From Sphingomicrobium sp. (GTDB taxonomy: Bacteria; Pseudomonadota; Alphaproteobacteria; Sphingomonadales; Sphingomonadaceae), in NCBI GenBank assembly GCA_035710105.1, contig DASTDZ010000127.1, positions 1 through 53,806 of the forward strand: a DNA stretch of 53,806 nt, given 5' to 3'. The translations under genes were made by a program, and so were the position numbers. Shown here piece after piece: positions 8,921 to 19,718 of the stretch (positions are counted from its first letter, which is position 1; each line of letters starts with the position of its first letter). Under the pieces are notes generated by a model. It saw only the letters and a program-made list of their open reading frames with translations. It was not told where the DNA came from and searched no databases.

Positions 8921-9915
8921 GTGCCCGGCCGCTCCACCAAATGCCTTTCCCACTGCAACGCGTGGCGAACGATCGTCTCGATATCGTCAAAGCGCGGAGC
9001 CCAGCCGAGCGTTTCGACCAACCGCGCGTTGGAGGCGACGAGCATCGGCGGATCGCCGGCGCGCCTCGGCTTCATTTCCCGGCGGATGGGCGCGTTGAGC
9101 TGCCTGTCGAGCGCGTCGAGGACCTCCAGCACCGACAGGCCCCTGCCGTAACCGCAATTGAGCACCAGGTTCTCGCCCGGATGTTCGACGAGCCACAGCA
9201 GCGCCTGGACATGGGCATTCGCGAGGTCCGCGACGTGGATATAGTCGCGCACGCAAGTCCCGTCCGGGGTCGGATAATCCGTTCCGTAGACGTCGACATG
9301 GCGGCGCCTTCCCACCGCCGCTTCGACCGCGACCTTAATCAGGTGAGTCGAACCCTTGCCGATCTGGCCCGTGCGGCCGTCCGGGTCCGCTCCGGCAACG
9401 TTGAAGTAACGCAGCGCGCCATAGTTGAAGCCATAGGCGGCGGCACAGTCCGCGAGCATCCGCTCGGTCATCAGCTTGGACGCGCCATAGGGGTTGATCG
9501 GCTGCTTCGGGTCGTCTTCGGCGATCGGCAGGCGTTCCGGCGCGCCGTAGACCGCGGCGGTCGAGGAAAACAGAATGTGTTTCACTCTGCCCGCCACCGC
9601 GGCCGCCACCAGCGAATGCGTCGCGACCGTGTTGTTGGCGTAATAGAGCAGCGGGTTCTCCACCGATTCCGGGACCACGACCGACCCGGCGAAGTGCATG
9701 ATCGCCTGCGTCCCCTGCTCGGCAAGGATTCGCTCGACCAGCGCCCGGTCGCCAACCGACCCTTGATAGAAGGGCACGTCCTCCGGGACGACCTCGCGCG
9801 TGCCGTTGGACAGATCGTCGATCACCGCGACTGCCCAGCCCGAATCCTTGAGCGCAAGTACCGCGTGGCTTCCGATATAGCCGGCGCCGCCGGTGACCAG
9901 GACGGGGGTCTTCAT
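8917..9915 (-). CDS. galE: UDP-glucose 4-epimerase
   Basis: VTGGAGYIGSH, FSSTAAVYG, YGASK, LRYFNVAGA, DGTCVRDYIHV. Confidence 0.95.
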   Translation of the reverse strand: MKTPVLVTGGAGYIGSHAVLALKDSGWAVAVIDDLSNGTREVVPEDVPFYQGSVGDRALVERILAEQGTQAIMHFAGSVVVPESVENPLLYYANNTVATHSLVAAAVAGRVKHILFSSTAAVYGAPERLPIAEDDPKQPINPYGASKLMTERMLADCAAAYGFNYGALRYFNVAGADPDGRTGQIGKGSTHLIKVAVEAAVGRRRHVDVYGTDYPTPDGTCVRDYIHVADLANAHVQALLWLVEHPGENLVLNCGYGRGLSVLEVLDALDRQLNAPIRREMKPRRAGDPPMLVASNARLVETLGWAPRFDDIETIVRHALQWERHLVERPGT

Positions 9916-9957
9916 GAGGGGAATGGCTAGCCGAGGAGCAAGGACCGCGCCAGCCGT

Positions 9958-10902
9958 TTACAGGTAAGCGGTCGCAAGCAAAGTCAGCGGGATCGATGCG
10001 ACCATCCCCAGCGTGGTCAGCAGCATGATGCTCGCGATCTCGGCCTCGGCTGTGCGGTATTGTTGCGCGAACAGGATCGCGACCGTCGCCGTCGGAAACG
10101 CGCTCGCGACTACCGTCGCGCTGGGGATGGCGCCCGACAGGTCGCCCAGCTTCAAAGCTGCGAAGAAGATCGCCGGCTGGATCGCCAGGACGACCAGCGC
10201 GCCGACGACGACGATCCGAGAGAAGACCAGCCGGTGGGCTGCAAGCACGAGGCCGGCGGCGAAGATCGACACGCCAGCGGCGGCCGCGGCCAGCGGTTCG
10301 AGCGTCTGGGCGACGAGAGGGGAGAGATGCAGCCCGGCCAGCGACAGCAGGCCGCCCAGGACCGGCGCCCACACGAGGGGGTTGGCGGCCGACCGCTCGA
10401 CCGACCGGAAGATCGAGGCCCGCTCCCCGGGCCTCGGCGCGGCGGATTCGAGCAGGAAGACGGCGATCGAGACCTGCGCGAGATTGGTGATCAGCGCGAC
10501 GAGGCCGACGACCGCCGCGCCGGTCTCCTGCCCGTAGATCGGGGTGAGGACGGTCAGCCCGAACACGGGCACGCTGCTCGAGGCGAAGGTGTAGCCCAGA
10601 AGCGCCGCTTCGAGCCGAGTCCGCCGCAACAGCCGAAGCAACCAGTAAAGGACGAAATAGAGCCCGGAATAGCCGGCCAGCATGACCAGCGCGACCGGCG
10701 CCTGCGCGACGAGGTTCGATCGGCTGAAATGCGCCATGCTCAAAAACAGCGCGGCCGGAAGCGCATAGGTCAGCGCCAGCCGGCTGAACCCGCGGACCTG
10801 GTCGTCGTCGAAGCTCTTGTGCCTGCCAGCGGCAAAGCCGAGCGCGAGCACCAGCAGCACCGGTGCGATCGCCGCCGTCATCGTTGCCGCGTCGATCGGC
10901 AT
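9958..10902 (-). CDS. AEC-family (auxin efflux carrier/MdcF-like) transporter
   Basis: About 10 TM segments; [23 protein letters not shown] patterns. Confidence 0.8.
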   Translation of the reverse strand: MPIDAATMTAAIAPVLLVLALGFAAGRHKSFDDDQVRGFSRLALTYALPAALFLSMAHFSRSNLVAQAPVALVMLAGYSGLYFVLYWLLRLLRRTRLEAALLGYTFASSSVPVFGLTVLTPIYGQETGAAVVGLVALITNLAQVSIAVFLLESAAPRPGERASIFRSVERSAANPLVWAPVLGGLLSLAGLHLSPLVAQTLEPLAAAAAGVSIFAAGLVLAAHRLVFSRIVVVGALVVLAIQPAIFFAALKLGDLSGAIPSATVVASAFPTATVAILFAQQYRTAEAEIASIMLLTTLGMVASIPLTLLATAYL

Positions 10903-10998
10903 CCCCCGTCTCCCCCTCTTCGAACCGGCGCGCGGTTGCGGGCGCGGCATTTTCGGCTATCAGGCCGCGCAACCCGACGATTATCCCGAGCAGGTCCA

Positions 10999-12165
10999 AT
11001 GGCAATCACGATTTCGAGCGCGTTCGACGCAGGCAACATCCGCGTGCTTCGGCAGGACGGCGACAGCGCCGACCTGGAGATCGTCAAGGACCATCTCTCC
11101 GACTTCTACCAATGGTTCTATTTCCGCCTCGCCGGCGCCAAGGGGCGCGAGGTGACTCTAAGGATCACCAATTGCGCCGGCTCGGCCTATCCGCACGGCT
11201 GGCCCGATTATCGCGCCTGCCTTTCAGTCGACCGCGAGGAATGGGTGCGGATCGACGGCACGAGCTATGAGGACGGCGTCCTCACCATCCGCTTCACGCC
11301 GACCGAGGACCTCGCCTGGGTCGCCTATTTCGCGCCTTACTCGATGGAGCGGCACCACGACCTGATCACGTCGGTCGCGGCGCTTCCAGGGGTCAGCTAT
11401 TCCTCGCTCGGCAAGTCGCTCGACGGCCAGGACATCGACTGCCTTACCCTCGGCGAGGGCAAGCTCAACGTCTGGCTCTACGCGCGCCAGCACCCGGGCG
11501 AGACCATGGCCGAATGGTGGATGGAGGGCGCGCTGGAGAAGCTCACCGACACCGACGATCCGGTCACCCGCGTGCTTCGCGAGCAGTGCACGTTCCGAAT
11601 CGTCCCCAACATGAACCCGGACGGGTCGCGCCGCGGGCATTTGCGGACCAACGCTGCCGGCATCAATCTCAACCGCGAGTGGCACGCACCCTCTGCGGAA
11701 AAGAGCCCGGAAGTGCTGTGCGTCCGCAACGCGATGGACGAAACCGGAGTCGATTTCGCGATGGACGTCCACGGCGACGAGGCGATTCCGGCCAACTTCC
11801 TGGCGGGCTTCGAAGGCATCCCCTCGATCACCGAGCGCCAGAGCCGCCTGTTCAAGGCGTTCAGCGACACGCTCGAAAAGCTCTCGCCCGATTTCCAGAC
11901 CCGCCAGGGCTATGAGGTCCCCAAGCCCGGCGAAGCCAACATGTCGATGTCCACGACCCAGCTCGCCGAGCGCTACGGCTGCGTGTCGATGACCCTGGAA
12001 ATGCCGTTCAAGGACAATTTCGACCTGCCGGACCTAGTCTACGGCTGGAGCCCCGAGCGTTCGCGCCACCTCGCGCGCGCCTGCCTCGATTCGCTTCACG
12101 CGATCCTTCCCGAGTTGACGGCAGCCAAGTCGGAGCAACCGGTGAGCGAGACGGTCGCCGCCTGA
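10999..12165 (+). CDS. M14 zinc carboxypeptidase (cytosolic carboxypeptidase-like)
   Basis: [11 protein letters not shown]-terminus, ARQHPGE, PNMNPDG, NLNREW, DVHGDE, TLEMPF. Confidence 0.92.
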   Translation: MAITISSAFDAGNIRVLRQDGDSADLEIVKDHLSDFYQWFYFRLAGAKGREVTLRITNCAGSAYPHGWPDYRACLSVDREEWVRIDGTSYEDGVLTIRFTPTEDLAWVAYFAPYSMERHHDLITSVAALPGVSYSSLGKSLDGQDIDCLTLGEGKLNVWLYARQHPGETMAEWWMEGALEKLTDTDDPVTRVLREQCTFRIVPNMNPDGSRRGHLRTNAAGINLNREWHAPSAEKSPEVLCVRNAMDETGVDFAMDVHGDEAIPANFLAGFEGIPSITERQSRLFKAFSDTLEKLSPDFQTRQGYEVPKPGEANMSMSTTQLAERYGCVSMTLEMPFKDNFDLPDLVYGWSPERSRHLARACLDSLHAILPELTAAKSEQPVSETVAA

Positions 12166-12860
12166 TGCCGCTTCTGGTCCTCCTCCGCCACGGCCAGTCG
12201 CAGTGGAACCTGGAGAACCGTTTTACAGGCTGGTGGGACGTCGGTCTTTCGGAGCAGGGCGTCGTCGAAGCGGTCGCGGCCGGCGAACTGATGCGCGACC
12301 GCGGACTCGACTTCGACCGCTGCTTCACCAGCTTCCTCACCCGCGCGATCAAGACCCTCGACATCGCGCTCGAACCGATGGACCGGCTCTGGCTTCCGGT
12401 CAGCAAGCACTGGCGCTTGAACGAGCGTCACTATGGCGGGCTGACCGGACTCAACAAGCAGGAGATGATTGACAAGGTCGGGGCGGAGCAGGTCAAGATC
12501 TGGCGGCGCTCGTTCGACATCCCGCCGCCCCCGCTCGAGCGGGGAAGCGAATATGACGTCAGCGCGGACCGCCGCTACGCGGGCATCGACGTGCCTTTGA
12601 CCGAAAGCCTCAAGGACACGATCGAGCGCGTGCTTCCCTGTTGGGAGGAGGCGATCGCCCCGGCACTGCGCTCGGGCGAGCGGGTGCTGGTTTCGGCGCA
12701 CGGCAATTCGATTCGCGCGCTGGTCAAGCATTTGTCCAACATCGGTGACCAGGAGATCGTGGGGGTCGAAATCCCGACCGGGCTCCCCCTCGTCTACGAG
12801 TTGTCGGACGAGCTGTCAGTGATCGACAGCTACTATCTCCACGAGCGCCAGGGCTCCTAG
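12165..12860 (+). CDS. gpmA: 2,3-bisphosphoglycerate-dependent phosphoglycerate mutase
   Basis: [29 protein letters not shown]. Confidence 0.97.
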   Translation: MPLLVLLRHGQSQWNLENRFTGWWDVGLSEQGVVEAVAAGELMRDRGLDFDRCFTSFLTRAIKTLDIALEPMDRLWLPVSKHWRLNERHYGGLTGLNKQEMIDKVGAEQVKIWRRSFDIPPPPLERGSEYDVSADRRYAGIDVPLTESLKDTIERVLPCWEEAIAPALRSGERVLVSAHGNSIRALVKHLSNIGDQEIVGVEIPTGLPLVYELSDELSVIDSYYLHERQGS

Positions 12861-13435
12861 GCCGCCGCCGACTTGTCCCGGTACATGGCGCGGTCGGCGC
12901 GGTCGATCACGTCTTCGGGCGAATCGTTCCCGGCGATCATCGCCACGCCGATCGCGATGCCGAGCGGCAGCCGCTCCCCGTCCACCAGTTTTTCGCTCTG
13001 CTCGATCTGCGCCGTCAGCCGCTCGGCTGTTTCGCGCGCAGTCTCCTCGCTGGCGTGGACCAGCAGGATTCCGAACTCGTCGCCGCCGAGCCTTGCGACC
13101 CAGTCGCTCTCGCGGACGCCGCTGCCGAGCAGCGCCGCGACATGGATCAGCGCCTCGTCGCCAGCCCTGTGGCCGAAGCCGTCGTTAATCCGCTTGAGCC
13201 CGTCGATGTCGACGAACAGCATCGCCGCGCTTTCACCGTAGCGGCCGACCCGGGCGATGAGGTTCTTGAGCTCGCGCATGAAGCCGCGGCGGTTGGGGAG
13301 GCCGACCAGCGGGTCCTGGTGCGCGAGATCGTCGAGCAGCCGGACCCGCTGCTCGAGCTGCGCAATCTTCTCGCGCAGACGCCCGATCTCCGCGAGCGCG
13401 CTCGCGTCCGGCGACTCGGTTTCCCCCTCGGACAC
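12857..13435 (-). CDS. Diguanylate cyclase (short coiled-coil plus GGDEF)
   Basis: [29 protein letters not shown]-site, RLGGDEF; GTG start approximate. Confidence 0.9.
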   Translation of the reverse strand: MSEGETESPDASALAEIGRLREKIAQLEQRVRLLDDLAHQDPLVGLPNRRGFMRELKNLIARVGRYGESAAMLFVDIDGLKRINDGFGHRAGDEALIHVAALLGSGVRESDWVARLGGDEFGILLVHASEETARETAERLTAQIEQSEKLVDGERLPLGIAIGVAMIAGNDSPEDVIDRADRAMYRDKSAAA

Positions 13436-13555
13436 CCGGCTGCGATACCGCGATTCCCGGTGCGGCGAAATCCGCCCGATCCGACTGTGCCGATTGCGAA
13501 CAGGCAAATCGCTTCCTAAACCCGCGCATCGGCGAGTGTCAGCAGGAAGGCGCGA

Positions 13556-14038
13556 ATGCCCGGACCACTGGTTGGGATCATCATGGGCAGCAGGTCCGAT
13601 TGGGAGACGATGCGCCACGCCTCGGAGATGCTCGACCAGCTCGGCGTGCCTCACGAAACCAAGGTCGTTTCCGCGCACCGGACTCCCAAACGGCTCTACG
13701 ATTATGCCCACGGCGCGCGCGAACGCGGGCTCAAGGTCATCATCGCCGGAGCGGGCGGGGCGGCGCACCTCCCCGGAATGACTGCGTCGATGACCTCGCT
13801 GCCGGTTTTGGGCGTGCCGGTCGAGAGCAAGACTCTCAAGGGCCTCGATAGCCTGCTGTCGATCGTCCAGATGCCTGCCGGCGTTCCGGTCGGCACACTT
13901 GCCATCGGCAAGGCGGGGGCGGTCAACGCGGCGCTGCTCGCGGCGGCGATCCTTGCGACCAGCGACAATGCGCTTGCCGAGCGGCTGGAACGGCATCGCG
14001 CGGAGCAGACCGACTCCGTGGCCGAAACTCCCGAATGA
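13556..14038 (+). CDS. purE: N5-carboxyaminoimidazole ribonucleotide mutase
   Basis: [26 protein letters not shown]. Confidence 0.97.
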   Translation: MPGPLVGIIMGSRSDWETMRHASEMLDQLGVPHETKVVSAHRTPKRLYDYAHGARERGLKVIIAGAGGAAHLPGMTASMTSLPVLGVPVESKTLKGLDSLLSIVQMPAGVPVGTLAIGKAGAVNAALLAAAILATSDNALAERLERHRAEQTDSVAETPE

Positions 14039-15102
14039 GAATCGATCCGGGCTCCACCATCGGCATCATCGGCGGCGGCCAGCTCGGCAAGATGCTGGCC
14101 CTGGCCGCAGCGCAGTTTGGCTACAAATGCCATATCTTCGCACCCGAGAAAGCGCCTTGTGCGGCGGCCGTCAGCGCCGCCTTCACCCGCGCCGACTACG
14201 CCGACGTCGAGGCGCTTCGGCGCTTCGCCGATTCGGTCGACGTCGCCACCTATGAGTTCGAGAACGTCCCCGCTGCCTCGCTCGAGGCCATCGCCGCCAA
14301 GCTCAGGCCGGGAGTCGCTTCGCTCCAGATCGGCCAGGAGCGCGCGATCGAGAAGGAGTTCATCGAGAAGACGGGAGCAAAAGTCGGCCGTTGGATGCGG
14401 ATCGACAGCGAGGCCGACGTGCGCGCCGCGGAAGAGCGGATCGGCGCGCCGCTCGTCCTCAAGACCCGCCGCCTCGGCTATGACGGCAAAGGGCAGGCCT
14501 GGGCGCTGGAACCCGGCTCGGTGCCCGGCGCCTGGGACTCGATCGGCCGACAGCCGGCGGTCGCGGAGGCCCGGGTCGACTTCACGCACGAATTCTCGGT
14601 GGTTCTCGCGCGCGGGCAGGACGGTTCGACCGCGGTTTGGGACCTGCCGCACAACGAGCACGAGAACGGGATCCTTCGCCGCTCGACCGTGCCGGCGCCC
14701 CAGGCCATTCTCGATCATTCGGCCGAGGCCGTCGCCGTCGCGACCCGGATCGCCGAGGCGCTCGGCCATATCGGCGTTCTCACCGTCGAGTTCTTCGCGA
14801 CGCCCGAGGGGCCGCTCGTCAACGAAATTGCGCCGCGCGTCCACAACAGCGGGCACTGGACGATCGAGGGCGCGGTGACCTCGCAGTTCGAGCAGCACAT
14901 TCGCGCCGTGTGCGGCCTTCCGCTCGGCTCGACCGCCCGGGTTGGCGAATCGGCGGTGATGGAAAATCTGCTCGGCGACGAGATCGGGCGCTGGCCCGAG
15001 CTTGTCGCGAAAGAAGGGGCGCACGTCCACCTTTATGGCAAGGGCGCGCCGCGCCCTGGCCGCAAGATGGGCCATGTTACGAGGCTAGGCGACCTCTTCT
15101 AG
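14035..15102 (+). CDS. purK: N5-carboxyaminoimidazole ribonucleotide synthase
   Basis: [34 protein letters not shown]. Confidence 0.97.
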   Translation: MRIDPGSTIGIIGGGQLGKMLALAAAQFGYKCHIFAPEKAPCAAAVSAAFTRADYADVEALRRFADSVDVATYEFENVPAASLEAIAAKLRPGVASLQIGQERAIEKEFIEKTGAKVGRWMRIDSEADVRAAEERIGAPLVLKTRRLGYDGKGQAWALEPGSVPGAWDSIGRQPAVAEARVDFTHEFSVVLARGQDGSTAVWDLPHNEHENGILRRSTVPAPQAILDHSAEAVAVATRIAEALGHIGVLTVEFFATPEGPLVNEIAPRVHNSGHWTIEGAVTSQFEQHIRAVCGLPLGSTARVGESAVMENLLGDEIGRWPELVAKEGAHVHLYGKGAPRPGRKMGHVTRLGDLF

Positions 15103-17948
15103 CGCGGTTGCACTTCCTCGACCGGGAGTCCGAGCTTCTTGAGCTGCGGGCGGACCTTGGCGGCATCGCCGACCACCACCCAGACGAACGCGCTTGGGTC
15201 GACCGCGTCGCGAAGTGACGCATCGAGCGTCGCCTTGCTCTGCGCGCGGTACTTGTCGGCCAGCAGCTCGTAATAATTGTCGGGCCGTCCGTAGAGCGCG
15301 TTCGACGCCATCGCCGAAAGCACCGAGCTCGAAGTCTCGAACTGGCCCGGAAGCTGCTTGATCCGGTTGGCGATGGTGCGCTCCATCTCCTCGTCGGTGA
15401 CGCCCCTTGTGGTCAGGAACTCGCGGATATCCTTGCGCAGCTCGCGAATCGAATCGGCGGTCCGATCTGCCTGCACCGGCGCCGCGACCACATAGGGTAC
15501 GACCTTGGCATTGAGCTGCACCGTGCCGCGCACGCCATAGGACCAGCCCTTGGTCTCGCGCAGGTTCATGTTGATCCGCGACAGAAATGTGCCGCCGAGG
15601 ATGTCATTGGCGCTGCCGATCGCCGCCATCTCGCCCCTCGGGTCGATCGGCGTGACCTGGCCGGCCATGATGTAGGATTGCGGCGAGCCCGGCCGGTCGA
15701 TCAGCACGATCTTCTCGGCTTTCGGGCGGACCGGAAGGTCGCCGAAATTCTTGGCGCCCTTGGGCGCCGACGGAGCAGCCCAGGTTCCGAATGTGCGCTC
15801 GAGCTGCTGCTGCACCTCTGCGAGCGGCAGGTTGGAAACGACGAAGATCTCGAGATTGTCCGGCCGCAGCCAGTGCTGGCGGAAGCTCTCGAGGTGGGCG
15901 CGGGTGAAGACCTTGACCGCTTCGGGGCTGCCGAGGTCGGTCGTGCCATAGGGGTGGGCATCGCCGTAGAGCAGCGCCGGCAGGGTTCGCGACGCGATAC
16001 CCTGCGGGTCCTTCTGCGCCTGGGCAATCGCGGTCAGCACCTGCGTGCGCACGCGATCGATTTCGGCCGGGTCGAAGGTCGGCCGCTGGACGATGTCGGC
16101 GACGAGGTCGAGCGACGGCGCCAGATTGGCGCTGAGCGCGGACAAGGTCACTGTGCTTCGGTCGGCACTCCCCGAGGCCGCGATCTGCGCCCCGAGCCGT
16201 TCCTCCTCCTCGGCGATCTGCTGGGAGGTCATACCGTCCGCGCCCTCGTCCAGCAGCGACAAAGTCAGGTTCTGCAGGCCGCGCGCGCCCGGTGCGTCGG
16301 CCGAAAAGCCGGCGTCGAAGGCAAAAGCGATCTGCGTGACCGGAACGGTCGTGCGCTGCGCGTAGGCGAGCTTGATCCCGTTCGACAAGGTGACGTGCTG
16401 GACGTCGGGAAAGTCGAGCGGCGCGGGCTCGCCGACCGGCGGGATTTCGCGCTTGGTCTTGGGCGTCGCGATGTCGGCGGTCTTGCTCTTGGCGCGCGCG
16501 CCCTTGGCCTCCTCGTAGGGCGGCCGGTCGCCCGGCTCGAGCCGGATCGACAGCACGGGCCGGGTCAGCCATTGCTTCATCGCCGCCTGGACGTCGGCCG
16601 GCGTGATCGCCGCATATTTCTCGAGCGTCTTCTTGTAGAAATCGGAGTCGGCCGCATAGACTTGGCCCTCGGCCAAAGCGACGGCCTTGCCGCCGAAGCC
16701 GCCGACCTGCTCGAGCCCGCGGATCCGCCCCGCGACCTCGCGGGTCGTCGCGCGCCGCACCTCGTCCTCCGTGGGGCCCTTGGCGATCATCTCGGCGATG
16801 ATCTCGTCGAGCCGCTTTTCGACCAGCGTCGGATCGACTCCGGGCTTGACCGTCGCGGTCACCTCGAACAGCCCCACCCGCTGGAACGGCTGGTGCGAAG
16901 CGGTCACCGCGACCGCCAGCTTCTCGTCGCGCACCAGGATCCTATCGAGCCGCGAGCTCGCCAGCCCGCCGAGGATCGAGGCGCCAACGTCGAGCGCCGC
17001 AAGCTCCTCGGAAAGCAGGCCCGGAAGCGCCCAGTGGCGCTGGACCTGAGTCGCCGCCACCCGGTCCTTCATGACGATGGACTTGGGCGCCGGAAGGGTG
17101 GGCACGTCGGCCGCCGCCGGGTTGTTCACGGGGCCCGGCTTGATCGCTCCGAAATATTTCTCGACCAGCGGCCGCGCCTCGGCGGCGGTGATGTCGCCGG
17201 CAAGCACCAGCACGGCATTGTTCGGCCCGTATTTGTCGATGAACCATTGTTTGACGTCGGCCAGGCTCGCCGCGTCGAGGTCCGCCATCGAGCCGATGGT
17301 CGAGTGCTGATAGGGATGTCCGTCCGGGAAGAGGTTGCCGAGGACTTCATATTCGACGAGACCGCCCGGCTGGTTGTCGCCCTGCCTTTTCTCGTTCTGG
17401 ACGACGCCGATCTGGTTATCGAGCTTGTCCTGGGTGACCGCTCCGAGCAGATAGCCCATGCGGTCGCTTTCCATGAACAGCGCCTTTTCGATCGCCGACT
17501 TGGGGACGGTCTGGAAATAATTCGTGCGGTCGAACCAGGTCGTGCCGTTATAGTCGGTCGCGCCGATCTGCTGCAGGTAGGTGAAGAAATCGCCCGGCAG
17601 ATTCTCCGAGCCGTTGAACATCAGGTGCTCGAACAGGTGCGCGAAGCCGGTCTTGCCTTCCGGCTCGTCCTTCGACCCGACATTGTACCAGGTGCTGACC
17701 GCGATGACCGGCGCCTTGTGGTCCTCGTGGACGAGGACGGTGAGGCCATTGGCGAGCTTGAAGCTCGAATGCGGGATGGAGACTTCCTCGACCAGCGCGC
17801 TGACCGGCGCCGGCTGCGGCGCGGCGGGATCCGTCTGCGTACCTTCGATTGGCGGAGGCGGAGGAGCGACTGCGGTCTGCGGCGCGGTCGCGCAGGCGGC
17901 GAGCGCGGAGGTTGCGAGCAACAGTGACAGGCGCTTGAAGCTGTTCAT
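15099..17948 (-). CDS. M16 (pitrilysin/insulinase) family zinc protease, lipoprotein
   Basis: LAAC lipobox; GFAHLFEHLMF (HxxEH); four-domain M16 length; LRETKGWSYG. Confidence 0.93.
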   Translation of the reverse strand: MNSFKRLSLLLATSALAACATAPQTAVAPPPPPIEGTQTDPAAPQPAPVSALVEEVSIPHSSFKLANGLTVLVHEDHKAPVIAVSTWYNVGSKDEPEGKTGFAHLFEHLMFNGSENLPGDFFTYLQQIGATDYNGTTWFDRTNYFQTVPKSAIEKALFMESDRMGYLLGAVTQDKLDNQIGVVQNEKRQGDNQPGGLVEYEVLGNLFPDGHPYQHSTIGSMADLDAASLADVKQWFIDKYGPNNAVLVLAGDITAAEARPLVEKYFGAIKPGPVNNPAAADVPTLPAPKSIVMKDRVAATQVQRHWALPGLLSEELAALDVGASILGGLASSRLDRILVRDEKLAVAVTASHQPFQRVGLFEVTATVKPGVDPTLVEKRLDEIIAEMIAKGPTEDEVRRATTREVAGRIRGLEQVGGFGGKAVALAEGQVYAADSDFYKKTLEKYAAITPADVQAAMKQWLTRPVLSIRLEPGDRPPYEEAKGARAKSKTADIATPKTKREIPPVGEPAPLDFPDVQHVTLSNGIKLAYAQRTTVPVTQIAFAFDAGFSADAPGARGLQNLTLSLLDEGADGMTSQQIAEEEERLGAQIAASGSADRSTVTLSALSANLAPSLDLVADIVQRPTFDPAEIDRVRTQVLTAIAQAQKDPQGIASRTLPALLYGDAHPYGTTDLGSPEAVKVFTRAHLESFRQHWLRPDNLEIFVVSNLPLAEVQQQLERTFGTWAAPSAPKGAKNFGDLPVRPKAEKIVLIDRPGSPQSYIMAGQVTPIDPRGEMAAIGSANDILGGTFLSRINMNLRETKGWSYGVRGTVQLNAKVVPYVVAAPVQADRTADSIRELRKDIREFLTTRGVTDEEMERTIANRIKQLPGQFETSSSVLSAMASNALYGRPDNYYELLADKYRAQSKATLDASLRDAVDPSAFVWVVVGDAAKVRPQLKKLGLPVEEVQPR

Positions 17949-18126
17949 TTTGGTGATTCCCCGGGAGATTCGGCGCGACCTTAATCACCCACGCCCGGCT
18001 GGCAATATCCGCTCGCGGGAAGGCCGGTTTTTTCGACGAAAGGCGGAAGCAGTTGCCAAGCCTGCCGGTTTGGCTGCAAATCCCGCGCATGGCAGGCGAA
18101 TACCGACGCTTCGGACGTCTTTGCGC

Positions 18127-19170
18127 GTGACCACTCGGCCGGTCGCGATCGCCCAGATCATCACCGGCGCCGCCGCGGCGATGGCATTGCTCTATTTCCT
18201 CAGCGGAATCCTGATCCCGCTCGTCATCGCCTTCGTCCTCGTCGTTCTCGTTGACGCCGTCGTCACTTTCATCGACCGCCGCTCGCCAAAGGCGCCGCGC
18301 TGGGCGGTGTCGCTGGTTTCGGGCCTGCTCGTGATCATGACCGCCTCGAGCGGGATTTTTATCCTCGCCCAGGGCGCGGTGCAGATGGTCGACAAGGGAC
18401 AAGCGCTCCTCGCCCGGCTTGAAAGCCTGGTGCAGTCGATCGGCCGGTCGATCGGTTATGCCGAGCCGCTTCACCTCGGGATGCTGGTCGGGCAGATCAG
18501 CGTCCCGCAGGTCGCCGGCGCCATCCTCAACGCCGCGCAGGGTGTCGCCGGGTCGGTGCTGCTGATTATCGTCTATTTCGGCTTCATGATGGCGGGCCGG
18601 CGGCGGATCAGTCGCAAGATCGACGCGGCGGCAGTGACCTCGCGCCGAAAGGTCGTGATCAAGCGGGCGATCGAGCGCGTGGCCGGCGACCTTCGGATTT
18701 ATTTGTGGGTGCAGACCCTGACCGGCGTGATGCTTGCCGCCGCCTCCGCGGTGGTGATGGCGGTCGTCGGGCTCGACAATGTCCTGTTCTGGACCGTCGT
18801 CCTGTTCCTGCTGTCCTTCATCCCGACGATCGGAGTCACGATCGGCTCGATCGTCCCGGCGCTGTTCGCGCTGCTTCAGTTCGATTCCTTCTGGCAGGCC
18901 GCCGTCATCTTCGGCGGGATCCAGCTGGTCGCCCTGGTCATCGGCAATTTCATCTACCCGAGGATGCAGGCCGACACGCAGAACATCGACCCGGTGACGA
19001 CCTTGCTCGCGTTGTCGCTGTGGACCTTCCTGTGGGGCGTGCCTGGCGCCTTCCTCGCGGTGCCGATGACGCTGATGCTGATGATGGTCTTCGCCCAGTT
19101 CGAAAGCACGCGCTGGGTCGCCGCCGCCTTGTCGAACGACGGCCGGCCGGATTTCCAGAAGACGGTTTGA
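18127..19170 (+). CDS. AI-2E family transporter
   Basis: Multi-TM; LSFIPTIG, GNFIYPR, LWGVPGAFLAVP; start approximate (GTG). Confidence 0.88.
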   Translation: MTTRPVAIAQIITGAAAAMALLYFLSGILIPLVIAFVLVVLVDAVVTFIDRRSPKAPRWAVSLVSGLLVIMTASSGIFILAQGAVQMVDKGQALLARLESLVQSIGRSIGYAEPLHLGMLVGQISVPQVAGAILNAAQGVAGSVLLIIVYFGFMMAGRRRISRKIDAAAVTSRRKVVIKRAIERVAGDLRIYLWVQTLTGVMLAAASAVVMAVVGLDNVLFWTVVLFLLSFIPTIGVTIGSIVPALFALLQFDSFWQAAVIFGGIQLVALVIGNFIYPRMQADTQNIDPVTTLLALSLWTFLWGVPGAFLAVPMTLMLMMVFAQFESTRWVAAALSNDGRPDFQKTV

Positions 19171-19272
19171 AGACCGAATTCGCGGCAGCCGGTCCCTGCC
19201 CGGTGGAGCCGCGCTTCTAAGGGCGAATACGGATGTGCGCGCGGCGCATTCGGTGGCACAGCGCCGGCCAGG

Positions 19273-19716
19273 ATGGATGAAGTTCGCCTCCGTTTCGGTA
19301 TCCCCGATATCGAGCTCAGCTGCCCCGATGGCCGAAGCGTAAATCCTTCAACCTTCGTCGGGCATCAGCTGGTAGTGCTCTTTCTGCCACTCGAGGAAGG
19401 CGCGGCAGTCCGTGAGATCGGCGACTATGCCCGCTTCGCGCAAGACTTCTTGGACAATGACGCGTGGGTGCTCAACATCGTGAAGGAGGCGAATCCGTCA
19501 TTCGCGGTCCGCGGCGGGTGCCACGCATTGGCCAGCGATCCGAATGACGAAGCGTGGCGAGCGTTCGGGCGCTTGGGTGAACGGCGGCGATCGCGCCCGC
19601 GCAAGGGTGGAGCCGTCTATCTTTTCGGACGCGGCGGCGGGCTGATGCGGGCCTGGTCAGGGCCCGGGCATGCGCGCGATGTCGTTCGCGAACTGCATGG
19701 CCCGGCCGGCCAGTAA
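19273..19716 (+). CDS. Redoxin/peroxiredoxin-fold protein lacking the peroxidatic Cys
   Basis: PDIEL...G..V....F.G..LVVLFLP, LASDP....WRAFG, AVYLF...G follow the BCP fold, but PxxxTxxC is replaced by PLEEGAAVRE. Confidence 0.6.
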   Translation: MDEVRLRFGIPDIELSCPDGRSVNPSTFVGHQLVVLFLPLEEGAAVREIGDYARFAQDFLDNDAWVLNIVKEANPSFAVRGGCHALASDPNDEAWRAFGRLGERRRSRPRKGGAVYLFGRGGGLMRAWSGPGHARDVVRELHGPAGQ

Positions 19717-19718
19717 GC

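Noticed and set aside
10060-10998. 701-aa ORF suggesting a long N-terminal extension or fusion on the M14 peptidase
   Set aside because: The extension is the antisense shadow of the AEC transporter; family similarity begins at MAITISS (10999)
15678-17927. 749-aa plus-strand ORF
   Set aside because: Antisense to the M16 peptidase; a stop-poor frame expected in high-GC DNA, with no motifs
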